48,161 nt of DNA from a bacterium (GTDB lineage: Bacteria; Verrucomicrobiota; Kiritimatiellia; RFP12; CAIWXQ01): assembly GCA_037144015.1 (NCBI GenBank), contig JBAWXQ010000001.1, positions 1-48,161 on the forward strand, read 5' to 3'. Below the pieces are notes generated by a model. It saw only the letters and a list, made by a program, of their open reading frames with translations. It had not been told where the DNA came from and ran no database searches. The position numbers were made by a program, and so were the translations under genes. Below are positions 1 to 8,091 of the stretch, one piece after another (the stretch's first letter is position 1; every line of letters starts with the position of its first letter).

Positions 1-3
1 TTT

Positions 4-39
4 GTCGACAAAGCTCGCGACAAAGCTCGCGACAAAGAT
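4..39. repeat. Tandem 12-mer repeat, 3 units (GTCGACAAAGCT, CGCGACAAAGCT, CGCGACAAAGAT), possibly truncated by the window edge
   Basis: Three consecutive 12-nt units read directly, differing at 1-3 positions. Confidence 0.8.
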
Positions 40-40
40 T

Positions 41-60
41 GGGTTGCGGGCTGTCCCGCC
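41..60 (-). repeat. Isolated reverse-orientation copy of the K-family left module (GGCGGGACAGCCCGCAACCC)
   Basis: Reverse complement of GGGTTGCGGGCTGTCCCGCC matches GGCGGGCNTCAGCCCGCAACCC seen at 12787 and 34759. Confidence 0.7.
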
Positions 61-69
61 GATGTCTGC

Positions 70-214
70 CGACGAAGCGTAGACGACGAAGTGTGGGACG
101 AAGAAAGCGACGAAGTGTGGCGTGGCACGGTTAGCGATGACAGCTAGTTCCCGCGCTTCGTCGCACACTGTAATCGCACACTTCGTCCCACACGTTGTCG
201 TCTACGCTTCGTCG
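70..214. repeat. Long imperfect inverted repeat: 34-nt arms (70-103 and 181-214) built from GACGAAG-type sub-repeats, 77-nt spacer
   Basis: Reverse complement of 181-214 equals 70-103 except 2 mismatches (checked base by base). Confidence 0.85.
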
Positions 215-300
215 AACTGCTTTATCGACTGTCGATATGGCGATCCTGCCCAGCGCGACCCCGCCCCCATCAAAAACCAAAACTCTGCGGTTTTGCGGTT

Positions 301-344
301 CCCTCCCTCCCTCCCTGCCTCCCACCCTCCACCCACCGCCCCGC
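301..344. repeat. Polypyrimidine C-rich low-complexity tract (CCCTCCCTCCCTCCCTGCCTCCCACCCTCCACCCACCGCCCC)
   Basis: Read directly. Complement-type counterpart of the G-rich heptamer tract at 27533. Confidence 0.8.
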
Positions 345-411
345 TTGCCACCCGATCCGCAGCCAACCGCAAAGTGTTAAAGGCAACGCATCACCTTCCC
401 GCCGCCCCCTG

Positions 412-433
412 CCGCTAACCGACCGCTAACCGA
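412..433. repeat. Tandem 11-mer CCGCTAACCGA x2
   Basis: Two identical adjacent 11-nt units. Confidence 0.8.
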
Positions 434-545
434 CTACGCGCGCGACAGCCTTCCAAATCTACGGCTGAGGACGACTCGTCATCTTGTCTTTGCTCCTCGT
501 TGCGTGTATCCTTGTCGATTGTTCATGTGATCGTGGGAAAATGCC

Positions 546-3500
546 ATGCCAGCCAAAGAGGACAAAATCCCTGATGCAAGTCCGGCGCCGTCGCCGGACT
601 TGCACAGGCGGCTGCGCCGCCGGCTCTGGTTGCTTCTCGCGCTGCTGGCGGCGGTGGGTGCGGCTACGGCTACGGCGCCGACCGGCTGGCTGCCGCGCCT
701 GGCCAACGCCCTGATCTGCGAGTATCTGCGCGTGCGGGACCTCTCCGCCATCCAGGTGCGTGTGGAACGGCTGACCCCCTGGCATTTGCGTGCCGCGCTC
801 CAGTTCGGCACCAACGATCCGGTTTCGCGGATCGAGCGCCTCGAGGCCCGCTTCTCTCCGGGGAGCTTGTGGCGGCATGGCGTTGCGCAGGTGGATGTCG
901 ACGGCGGCCTGCTGCAGTTCCGCACAGCGCCCGGCGGCGTGAGCGTCTGCGGCCTGCCGTCCGGCCTGCGGCGCCTGTCTCCCGGCACGTCGCCGCTCGC
1001 GGACGAGGACGATGTCCCGGTGCGGTGGCAGGTGGGGAAATTGCTGCTGGACAATGTCACCCTGCGCCTGCTGCCCCCGGAGGCCGGCGCCGCGCCGTTT
1101 GACATCTGCCTGCACGCCTCGGCTGTGACCGACCCGCAGGGCGAGACCCGCTTTGCCATCTCGGACTACGGCCGCGCCGGCACGCTGGCCAACGGCGCTT
1201 TCCGGTTCGAGACCGGCGACGGCTGGCTCGTGGCCGTGCTGCCGGAAAGCCAGGTGCAGGAGTGGCTGCGCGTGGCCCAGTGGTTCATGACGAACCCGCG
1301 ATTCCAGGGGAGCGACCTGTGCGCCGGGAACGGCGGCGCCACGCTGCTGGCCCGCATGGAGCAGTGGCGGCCGGCGCTGGTGCAGGGCGATCTCTCGCTG
1401 CGCGCCGCCACGCTGCTCCAGGACTGCAGCTTCACGTACGATCTGCGCCTGCACGGCGTGGCGCAGTGGGAAATGGCGGACAGCCTGCGCCCCACCATCA
1501 CGGCCAACGCGCAAGTCGGTCTGCGCATGGCTTCCTTTCCGGCTTTTGCCTGGTCGGATGACCACGAGCAGCCGGCCAGCGCCAGCGTGGCCGTCAAGCT
1601 GACGCCGCGCAAGGCCGAATGGGAGTGTCAGGTGGCGGCACGCGGGGCGTTGTCGCACGAGGCGGCGCAGGTCAGCGTGCCGACCGGTTCCGTGCAATTG
1701 CCGGAAGCCCCGGTCTTCCGGATCGATGGCGTGTTCACCAGCCCGGACCTGGCGACGTGGGATGGCGCTATCGAGGCCATGGCCATTGTGCCGCAGCCAC
1801 GGCTGCCGGCCGGGGACATGGCGCTGGCCTGCCGCGACCTGGTGGTTCAGGCCACGGCCACGGTGACCCACTCGCAGCCCGCGGTCGTGCGCGGACGTGT
1901 CGATCTTTCCGGGGTTTCGTGCGCCGGCCGCGGCATCCGGCTGGCCGGGGATGCGGGTGTGTCGTTCGGGTCAAGCGCCCCGTTTCAGTGTGCGAACGTG
2001 GCGGTCACGGCCGGCGTGGCGTCGCTGACCCTCCCCGCGGGGGCGGTTTCGTTCGACAAGGATGAACCCCTGCGGATGATCGCATCCGCAACATTGGCGC
2101 GCGCTCCGGACGGACGGGTTTCCGTCTGCGCGGCGGAGCTGAATGTGGCGCCGCAGCAGATGATCACGGGAAATACGCGGCTGGGGCTGCCTGACGGGCT
2201 GCAGTTACGGATGCGCCGCAGCGGAGAGAATCCGGACGGCATGACCGTGGAACTGCTGCCCGCTCCGGTCGCCGGGCAATCCGGCACCGGCATGGCGGCC
2301 ACGGCCTGGGTTTCCGCCGCCGCGTTTGTCGGCCGGCAAAGGAGCAGCACCGTCTCCTGTGGCGATATGACCCTGCGCGTGACGAATGTGCTGTTTCGTG
2401 CCGCTGAGCTGACCGGCGGCGTGGCCAGCGCGGATGTGACTGTGAGTAACGATAAAGCCGGCGGGCTGGCCTCCCGGTCCGCGCCTCGCATCCGCGCGGA
2501 GATTTCAGGTGCCTGGCTGCGCGGCAGGAATGGACTGCAGCTCGATGGGTTGCAGGCGCTGCTGCCGCTGGAATGCGTGGACCGTGAGATTCGCGTGGCC
2601 GGCCTGCCCGGACTGACGTGGCGCAACCTCGAATGCCAGGGCGTGCACCTGGTTCCGGAAGGGTTTGCACTGTCGCTGACCGGGCAGACGGCCGCGGTGC
2701 AGATGTCGGTTGGCGTGCTGGAGGCGAACCTGCATGCCAGCCTTGGCGTGTATGCGGACTGGAGCCGCGCGTGGCAGGTGGCGGTGACCGCGGAGGTGCC
2801 GCCCAGCACGCTGGCTGACACCGAGGCGCTGCGCGGCATGATCTGGCGGCTGGCAGACATGGACCTGGTCGTCACGGGGCAGGTTGCGGCCACGGTGAGC
2901 GCCCTGCTGGCAAAGGATCTGCCGCCAAGCGTAAAAGTGTCCGCCGCTGTCGGGAACCTCGATGTCGGGTGCCTGTCTGGAAAGTGGCAGGTGTCCGGAT
3001 TGTCCGCCGGCCTGACGGCGGATGGCCCGCGCGCCTGGCGCACGCCGCAGGGGCAGGTGTTGACGTTCCGCTCGGCCCGGTCCGGCGACCTGGCTCTTGA
3101 TGGCGGCGCACTGCGCTGGCAGTACCGGCGCGAGGCGCTGCTGGTGGAGCAGGCGGACGTCAACTGGTGCGGCGGCTCACTGCACGCCTTTGGCGTGCCG
3201 TACGACCCGCGCGAACAGCGGCTGGAGACGGTGCTGTACGCCGAGCGGATCGAGCTGGGGCGCCTGATGGCGCAGACCCGGATGCTGCAGGGCTCGGGCG
3301 CGGGGCGGCTGTACGGGCGCCTCCCGCTGACGCTCGACAAGGGGAAGGTGAAGCTGTCGGAGAGCTACCTCTATTCGACGCCCGGCGAGACGGGAAGCCT
3401 CAAGCTTTCCAACACCGCCCCGATCGAGCTGGCCATGGAGCAGGGGAGCATCGATGCCGCCACCCGGCAAAAGGTGAGCGCAGCCCTGCAGAATATGCAA

Positions 3501-3680
3501 TACTCCCTGTTCCGGATGGATCTTTCCGGCGGCGGCGCCAACGCGTCCCTGGGAATTCAAATCGAGGGGCGCGCGGCGGAGGACGCGGCTGCGCCGCCCG
3601 TGCATCTCAACGTGAACCTGGGCGGTTCACTGGATGAGTTCTTTAATTTTGGCATGGACCTGTCACGAAAGCTGCGCTAG
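546..3680 (+). CDS. ydbH: AsmA-like intermembrane phospholipid transport protein, YdbH family (1044 aa)
   Basis: N-terminal TM anchor (LWLLLALLAAVGAA). C-terminal region resembles the YdbH/DctA-YdbH family (GRLYGRLPLTLDKGKVKLSESYLYSTPGETGSLKL). Followed by ynbE- and ydbL-like genes as in the E. coli ydbH-ynbE-ydbL operon. Confidence 0.75.
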   Translation: MPAKEDKIPDASPAPSPDLHRRLRRRLWLLLALLAAVGAATATAPTGWLPRLANALICEYLRVRDLSAIQVRVERLTPWHLRAALQFGTNDPVSRIERLEARFSPGSLWRHGVAQVDVDGGLLQFRTAPGGVSVCGLPSGLRRLSPGTSPLADEDDVPVRWQVGKLLLDNVTLRLLPPEAGAAPFDICLHASAVTDPQGETRFAISDYGRAGTLANGAFRFETGDGWLVAVLPESQVQEWLRVAQWFMTNPRFQGSDLCAGNGGATLLARMEQWRPALVQGDLSLRAATLLQDCSFTYDLRLHGVAQWEMADSLRPTITANAQVGLRMASFPAFAWSDDHEQPASASVAVKLTPRKAEWECQVAARGALSHEAAQVSVPTGSVQLPEAPVFRIDGVFTSPDLATWDGAIEAMAIVPQPRLPAGDMALACRDLVVQATATVTHSQPAVVRGRVDLSGVSCAGRGIRLAGDAGVSFGSSAPFQCANVAVTAGVASLTLPAGAVSFDKDEPLRMIASATLARAPDGRVSVCAAELNVAPQQMITGNTRLGLPDGLQLRMRRSGENPDGMTVELLPAPVAGQSGTGMAATAWVSAAAFVGRQRSSTVSCGDMTLRVTNVLFRAAELTGGVASADVTVSNDKAGGLASRSAPRIRAEISGAWLRGRNGLQLDGLQALLPLECVDREIRVAGLPGLTWRNLECQGVHLVPEGFALSLTGQTAAVQMSVGVLEANLHASLGVYADWSRAWQVAVTAEVPPSTLADTEALRGMIWRLADMDLVVTGQVAATVSALLAKDLPPSVKVSAAVGNLDVGCLSGKWQVSGLSAGLTADGPRAWRTPQGQVLTFRSARSGDLALDGGALRWQYRREALLVEQADVNWCGGSLHAFGVPYDPREQRLETVLYAERIELGRLMAQTRMLQGSGAGRLYGRLPLTLDKGKVKLSESYLYSTPGETGSLKLSNTAPIELAMEQGSIDAATRQKVSAALQNMQYSLFRMDLSGGGANASLGIQIEGRAAEDAAAPPVHLNVNLGGSLDEFFNFGMDLSRKLR

Positions 3681-3737
3681 CAGCTAGTCGGGCTTAGCCT
3701 TTTCGCTGCACAAACTTTTTGCCGACAAAGCTGCTAG
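3677..3737 (+). repeat. Family-P palindromic element, copy P1 (61 bp, CTAG at both ends)
   Basis: CTAGCAGCTAGTCGGGCTTAGCC...TGCCGACAAAGCTGCTAG. Arms pair 9+5 bp. First CTAG contains the ydbH TAG stop. Confidence 0.9.
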
Positions 3738-3751
3738 CAAGGGAGGCGCAG

Positions 3752-3943
3752 ATGAGACTCGCATGGCGACACGCCGGATTTCTGGCGGTAATGGCGGCCG
3801 GCATCCTGGCCGGTGGCTGCTTCAGCGGCCAGATCAAGACCGACAACCAGGTCGAGGTCAAGCCGATTCACATCACGATCGACGTGAACGTGCATGTGCA
3901 GAAGGACCTGGACAGCTTTTTTGGGGACATTGACAAGAAGTAG
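3752..3943 (+). CDS. ynbE: YnbE-like small lipoprotein (63 aa from the ATG at 3752)
   Basis: GGGAGG SD 5 nt upstream. Signal plus lipobox-like ILAGGC. Mature part PIHITIDVNVHVQKDLDSFFGDI parallels E. coli YnbE. Position between ydbH and ydbL. Confidence 0.75.
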   Translation: MRLAWRHAGFLAVMAAGILAGGCFSGQIKTDNQVEVKPIHITIDVNVHVQKDLDSFFGDIDKK

Positions 3944-3975
3944 GGTGTTGCCGCGCGTAAATTGGGAGACAGACC

Positions 3976-4350
3976 ATGAATTACAAGCGAATGATGCTGG
4001 TGGCCGTGACGTTCCTGGGGCTGGCGCTGGCGGCGCAGGCGCAGGGGCTGGATGCGGTGAAGCAGAGCATGCTTGCCCGCAAGCCTGCAGTGGCGCAGCT
4101 GCTGGCGAGCAAGACCGTCGGCGAGAACCGCGACGGTCTGCTGGAGGCGACCGCCAAGGTTGCGGACGCCGACGCGAAGACCGTCGCGGCGGAGAATGCG
4201 GACCGCAAGGCCGTCTACGCGGCGATTGCCGCCAAGAACGGTACGGACGTCGCCAAGGTCGGCCAGTTGCGCGCGGCCGAGATTGCGGCCAGGGCCGAGG
4301 CCGGGACCCTGATCCAGGGCAGGGACGGCACGTGGGCCGGGAAAAAGTAG
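3976..4350 (+). CDS. ydbL: YdbL-like periplasmic protein (DUF1318 family)
   Basis: Signal peptide MLVAVTFLGLALAAQA. ENADRKAVYAAIAAKNGTDVAKVGQLRAAEIAARAEAGTLIQGRDGTW is collinear with E. coli YdbL. GGGAGA SD. Confidence 0.8.
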   Translation: MNYKRMMLVAVTFLGLALAAQAQGLDAVKQSMLARKPAVAQLLASKTVGENRDGLLEATAKVADADAKTVAAENADRKAVYAAIAAKNGTDVAKVGQLRAAEIAARAEAGTLIQGRDGTWAGKK

Positions 4351-4362
4351 CCGGGTCGCGGG

Positions 4363-4401
4363 TCTCTTTCTCTGTGGCCTTTGTGTCCTTCCACTTGGAT
4401 G
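4363..4401 (+). repeat. K-family fragment K1 (right arm only)
   Basis: TCTCTTTCTCTGTGGCCTTTGTGTCCTTCCACTTGGATG matches the right ends of K2 (12925-12961) and K3 (34889-34933). Confidence 0.85.
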
Positions 4402-4406
4402 ATTCC

Positions 4407-4967
4407 ATGTCCTCACCCCCGCGCCTCCTTGACCGCTTTACGCTCCTGGTCGCAACCTGGTTTGGCCTGGGGTATGCGCCGGTGGCCTCTGGAACCTTCG
4501 GCGCGCTGCCCGGCGCGCTGATCGCCTATGTTGTGGCGGTGTTGTCCCTGCACTCCGGTGCTGCGCCGGCGTGGCAGGTGGCCGGGCAGGTGGCGTTTGC
4601 GCTGGTGCTGAGCGGTCTGGCCGTTCCGGTCTGCGATGCCGCGGAGCAGATGCTGGGGACCAAGGACGATGGACGCATCGTGGCGGACGAGACGCTGACC
4701 TTTCCTGTCTGCACCATCGGCCTGCCGCTGGTGACGGCGCCATGGATGCTGGCCGTGGCGTTTGTGGTCAACCGCGTCTGCGACATCATCAAGCCGCCGC
4801 CGGCCCGCCGCCTGCAGGACCTGCACGGAGGCGTCGGCATTGTGATCGACGACTTCATCGCCTGCCTCTACGCGCTCGCCATCAACCACGCCATTTATTG
4901 GAGCGTGGCCTGGCACGGGGCATGTCTGTTTGCCTTCATCCCGGGAATGGCATCCAGCACGCCTTGA
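4407..4967 (+). CDS. pgpA: Phosphatidylglycerophosphatase A
   Basis: LVATWFGLGYAPVASGTFGALPG, DDGRIVADE and VCDIIKPPPAR motifs typical of PgpA. The track ORF from 3894 is a spurious 5' extension. Confidence 0.9.
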   Translation: MSSPPRLLDRFTLLVATWFGLGYAPVASGTFGALPGALIAYVVAVLSLHSGAAPAWQVAGQVAFALVLSGLAVPVCDAAEQMLGTKDDGRIVADETLTFPVCTIGLPLVTAPWMLAVAFVVNRVCDIIKPPPARRLQDLHGGVGIVIDDFIACLYALAINHAIYWSVAWHGACLFAFIPGMASSTP

Positions 4968-4994
4968 TCGAAAACTAGGCCTGCCCGCGGGCTT

Positions 4995-5023
4995 GACTCA
5001 ACCGCCGGAAGACCGGACAATCC
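4995..5023 (+). repeat. Possible third copy of the G-module seen after P2 and P4
   Basis: GACTCAACCGCCGGAAGACCGGACAATCC versus GACGCAACCGCCAAGCGCCGGACAACAG (11545) and GACGCAACCGCCAAGCACTGGACAAGAG (30549). A CTAG lies 16 nt upstream. Confidence 0.35.
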
Positions 5024-5108
5024 AGCTTAACGATTACGCAGCCCATCGGCTGTGCGCCAGCGGCAGCCCGCTTGCCGTCTTGCCAATCGGGTTTTGAGGA
5101 GTGTGCGC

Positions 5109-5858
5109 ATGCGAGTTGTTGGTGTGATTCCATCCCGGTGGGGGTCGACCCGGTTTCCCGGCAAAAGCCTGCATCCGATTCTGGGCAAGCCCCTGGTGGC
5201 GTGGGTGGTCGCAGCGGCGAAGCGCGCGCGGTTGCTCAGTGAAGTGATTGTGGCCACGGATGACGCGCGCATTGCGGCGGCGGTTGCCGGGACCGGCGCG
5301 CGGGCGGTCCTGACCCGCTCCGACCACCCCTCCGGCACCGACCGCGTAGCCGAGGCTGCCCGGTCGGCGGACGACGACATCATCGTCAACATCCAGGGGG
5401 ACGAGCCGATGATCGATCCGGCCCTCATCGACGCGCTGGCGCAAAGCCTCCTGTCCAACCCGGGGTGGTCCATGGCCACGGCCGCCTGCCCGATCACGAC
5501 CGCGCGCGATCTGGCGGCGCGCAGCGTGGTCAAGGTGGTGATCGACCGCGACGGCGCGGCGCTTTATTTCTCGCGCCTGCCGATCCCGTGCACGCGCGAC
5601 GGCGAGCCGGATCTGGCCTCCGGGCTCTACTTGCGCCACATCGGCATCTACGCCTACCGCGGCGCGTTTCTCCGGCGTCTGGTGCAGGAGCCGCCCTGTC
5701 TGCTGGAGCGCGCGGAGTCGCTCGAGCAGCTCCGCGCGATGTACATCGGCGGGCGCATTGGCGTGATTGTCACGGACCATGCGGGGGTTGGGGTGGACAC
5801 ACCCGAGGATGTCGGGTATGTTGAGGAAGCCATGCGGAAGCAGGCGTCGGTGCGTTAG
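5109..5858 (+). CDS. kdsB: 3-deoxy-manno-octulosonate cytidylyltransferase (CMP-KDO synthetase)
   Basis: VIPSRWGSTRFPGKSL, SGTDRVAEA and VNIQGDEPMI motifs. GAGGAG SD upstream of the ATG at 5109. Confidence 0.95.
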   Translation: MRVVGVIPSRWGSTRFPGKSLHPILGKPLVAWVVAAAKRARLLSEVIVATDDARIAAAVAGTGARAVLTRSDHPSGTDRVAEAARSADDDIIVNIQGDEPMIDPALIDALAQSLLSNPGWSMATAACPITTARDLAARSVVKVVIDRDGAALYFSRLPIPCTRDGEPDLASGLYLRHIGIYAYRGAFLRRLVQEPPCLLERAESLEQLRAMYIGGRIGVIVTDHAGVGVDTPEDVGYVEEAMRKQASVR

Positions 5859-5883
5859 CACACGGTTTTTGGTTTGGGCGGAT

Positions 5884-6000
5884 GTGATCGGTGATCGGTT
5901 GCCAGTGATTGGTAACGGGTAACCGGTGATCGGCGAATGGATCACTGCTCACGGTAACCGATCACCGATCACCGATTACTGATTACTGAGTACCGATCAC
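5884..6000. repeat. Inverted arrays of tandem heptamers: TGATCGG-type units (5885-5947) facing CCGATCA-type units (5958-5999)
   Basis: Left block reads TGATCGG TGATCGG TTGCCAG TGATTGG TAACGGG TAACCGG TGATCGG CGAATGG. Right block reads CCGATCA CCGATCA CCGATTA CTGATTA CTGAGTA CCGATCA. The blocks are mutually complementary. Confidence 0.9.
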
Positions 6001-6009
6001 GGGGATGCG

Positions 6010-6825
6010 ATGATGAGGAAAGTAAAAGTCGGCGAGGTGGTCTTTGGCGGCGGCGAACTGGCCTTGATTGCCGGCCCGTGCGTGATTGAGTCGCGTGCCG
6101 GATGCCTCGACCTGGCGGGGCGCCTGGTACGCCTGGCGCGCCGGATGAAGGTGCCGCTGGTGTTCAAGGCTTCCTTTGACAAGGCCAACCGCACGTCCGT
6201 GGATTCCTACCGCGGCCCCGGCCTGACCGAAGGGCTGGCTGTGCTGGCCGAGGTCAAGCGGCGGTATGGCGTGCCGGTGCTGACCGACATCCATGAACCG
6301 GGTCAGGCCGCGGTGGTGGCAGAGGTGGCGGATATCCTGCAGATTCCGGCCTTCCTTTGCCGACAGACCGATCTGCTGGTGGCGGCTGCGCGGACCGGGC
6401 GCGTCATCAACGTCAAAAAAGGGCAGTTCCTGGCTCCCGAGGACATGGCCCACGTGATCGGCAAGATCGAGCAGTGCGGCAATCGGAAGATCATTTTGAC
6501 TGAACGCGGCGCGAGTTTCGGGTATCATAACCTTGTGGCGGACATGCGGAGCCTGCTGATCATGCGCGAGCTGGGGTATCCGGTGGTGTTTGATGCCACG
6601 CACAGCGTGCAGCGGCCGGGCGGCGCCGGGAAGATGAGCGGCGGCGACGGGCGCTGGGCACCGGCGCTGGCGCGGGCCGCCGTAGCCACCGGCTGCGACG
6701 GGGTGTTCATGGAGACGCATGTCAATCCGGCACTGGCCCTTTCGGACAAGGCCAATGCCATTCCATTTCGAGATCTGCCTGACGTCTGGCGCGTGCTGAA
6801 GGAGCTACATGACGTGGTTGGCTGA
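6010..6825 (+). CDS. kdsA: 2-dehydro-3-deoxyphosphooctonate aldolase (KDO-8-P synthase)
   Basis: [42 protein letters not shown] and [12 protein letters not shown] motifs. Confidence 0.95.
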   Translation: MMRKVKVGEVVFGGGELALIAGPCVIESRAGCLDLAGRLVRLARRMKVPLVFKASFDKANRTSVDSYRGPGLTEGLAVLAEVKRRYGVPVLTDIHEPGQAAVVAEVADILQIPAFLCRQTDLLVAAARTGRVINVKKGQFLAPEDMAHVIGKIEQCGNRKIILTERGASFGYHNLVADMRSLLIMRELGYPVVFDATHSVQRPGGAGKMSGGDGRWAPALARAAVATGCDGVFMETHVNPALALSDKANAIPFRDLPDVWRVLKELHDVVG

Positions 6826-7411
6826 ACGTTTGCCCGGGTGGCTTTCCGCGCGTGCGGTGTGGCTGGTGCTGGCGGTTGCGGGTGCGATGGTTGCGCCTGC
6901 CGAGACGAACCTGCCTGCCCCGGCCGTCCCGGAGGTCGCGGTATCCAACGCACTGCCCGCATGGATGGAGCTCGGCACGCTGGGCACCAACGCGGCGGCA
7001 TGGGCCGATATGGCCGATGTTTGGCGGCGCCAGCCGGATGCGGAAGCCAGTCCGGTGGAAAATCTCACCTTGCCGATTGAACACTACGACAACGGCCGCG
7101 TCCGGGCGGTGCTCTACGCCAGCAAAGCGGCGGTGGGGAAGGGGGGGATGATCTGGGCGTGGAAGGTGGTCGTGGAAATGCTCGACCTGGGGGGCGCGCC
7201 GGACGGCCGGATCGAGGCGGACAGCTGCCTCTACGACCGCACCGCGCGACGCGGCTACTGCCCCGATTCGGTCGCGCTGGTCCGCACCAATGTGACCGCC
7301 AGCGGCATCGGAATGTATTGGACCATGGCACCCCAGCGGATGCAGATCCTTTCGAATGGGGTGATGCGCCTGCACCCAAAACCAAAAGATCCTGAAAGAA
7401 AGAAGAAGTGA
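6809..7411 (+). CDS. LptC-like LPS-export protein (single N-terminal TM plus OstA-type beta domain), putative
   Basis: [16 protein letters not shown]. Beta-rich body with ADSCLYDR...[17 protein letters not shown]. Sits directly upstream of lptA-lptB and overlaps both neighbours. Confidence 0.5.
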   Translation: MTWLAERLPGWLSARAVWLVLAVAGAMVAPAETNLPAPAVPEVAVSNALPAWMELGTLGTNAAAWADMADVWRRQPDAEASPVENLTLPIEHYDNGRVRAVLYASKAAVGKGGMIWAWKVVVEMLDLGGAPDGRIEADSCLYDRTARRGYCPDSVALVRTNVTASGIGMYWTMAPQRMQILSNGVMRLHPKPKDPERKKK

Positions 7412-8091
7412 ATATGACGATCCGGATCGCCGGCATGCTCGCCGCATGCTTCTTCCTGCTGTCGGAATTGCAGGCGCAGGAAACCGCCGCGGTGTCGCCC
7501 ACCGGAGGTGTGTCTGTCGCCGCACCTGCCGCCGCACCTGCTGCTGCACCTGTCGCCGTACCTGTCGCCGCACCTGCTGCTGTACCTGTCGCCGCACCTG
7601 TCGCCGCACCTGCGACCACAGGAAAAGTTCATGCGGCCAAGCAGCCGAAAAGCGGCGCCCCCGCTTTTTTCAACCTGTCGGACGGGTCGTCAACCAACGG
7701 CATGACGATCACCTTCGACCGCCTGGAGTTCGACTACAAGGACATGGTCGCGGCCTACGACGGGCATGTGCGCGTTTTGGATTCGCGCTATGACATGATC
7801 TGTGATCGTCTGTTGGTTTTCCTGGAGGGGACCAACCAGATCAAGCAGATCATGGCCATGGGGAATGTGGTCATTACCCAGCCGGACCGGCGGGCAACCT
7901 GCAACCGGGCTGTCTATCAGCGCGCGTCCGAGCAGGTGGAGATGACCGGAAACCCCGTGGTGACCCAGGGTGGAAACCGGCTGGTGGGTGCCAAGATTCG
8001 CATCTGGCTGAATGACCAGCGTGCCGAAGTGGAATCCGGCCGCATGAACCTGGCGACCGAAACCATGAAAAACCGGGAAAGCAAGCCGTGA
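7408..8091 (+). CDS. lptA: LPS transport periplasmic protein LptA (OstA-like), with Ala-Pro-rich linker
   Basis: Signal peptide. OstA-like body ITFDRLEFDYKDMVAAYDGHVRV...ATCNRAVYQRASEQVEMTGNPVVTQGGNRLVGAKIRIWL. GTG at 7408 or ATG at 7414. 4-nt overlaps with both neighbours. Confidence 0.7.
   Translation: MNMTIRIAGMLAACFFLLSELQAQETAAVSPTGGVSVAAPAAAPAAAPVAVPVAAPAAVPVAAPVAAPATTGKVHAAKQPKSGAPAFFNLSDGSSTNGMTITFDRLEFDYKDMVAAYDGHVRVLDSRYDMICDRLLVFLEGTNQIKQIMAMGNVVITQPDRRATCNRAVYQRASEQVEMTGNPVVTQGGNRLVGAKIRIWLNDQRAEVESGRMNLATETMKNRESKP
7519..7614 (+). repeat. In-frame tandem repeat: eight 12-nt units (GCCGCACCTGYY), organised as two 36-nt super-units (7531-7566, 7567-7602)
   Basis: The two 36-mers differ at 2 positions. 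Encodes (A-A/V-P-A/V)n in LptA. Confidence 0.9.

Noticed and set aside
459-3340. Minus-strand ORFs 459-1871 and 1985-3340 opposite ydbH
   Set aside because: Shadow ORFs. The plus-strand frame is continuous for 1044 codons with a TM anchor, a YdbH-like C-terminus and the expected ynbE/ydbL partners.
3678-3737. UAG read-through or recoding (PYLIS-like hairpin after TAG)
   Set aside because: The proteins end at their expected family C-termini. The second TAG is in frame in P1 and P3 but not in P2. No pyl genes are seen. An insertion-site explanation is simpler.
3894-4406. 5' extension of the pgpA ORF (357-aa version), and similar extensions of the M28 peptidase (12747-12977), dapA (30151-30324) and hom (31916-32053) ORFs
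   Set aside because: The extensions run through repeat elements or overlap other genes (ydbL) and have Arg/Gly-rich nonsense composition. Conserved family N-termini start at the internal ATGs.
5884-6000. GATC cluster as an oriC / SeqA-Dam type site
   Set aside because: The GATCs are a by-product of the TGATCGG heptamer unit. There are no DnaA boxes, no dnaA/dnaN nearby, and the tract lies inside the kdsB-kdsA unit.
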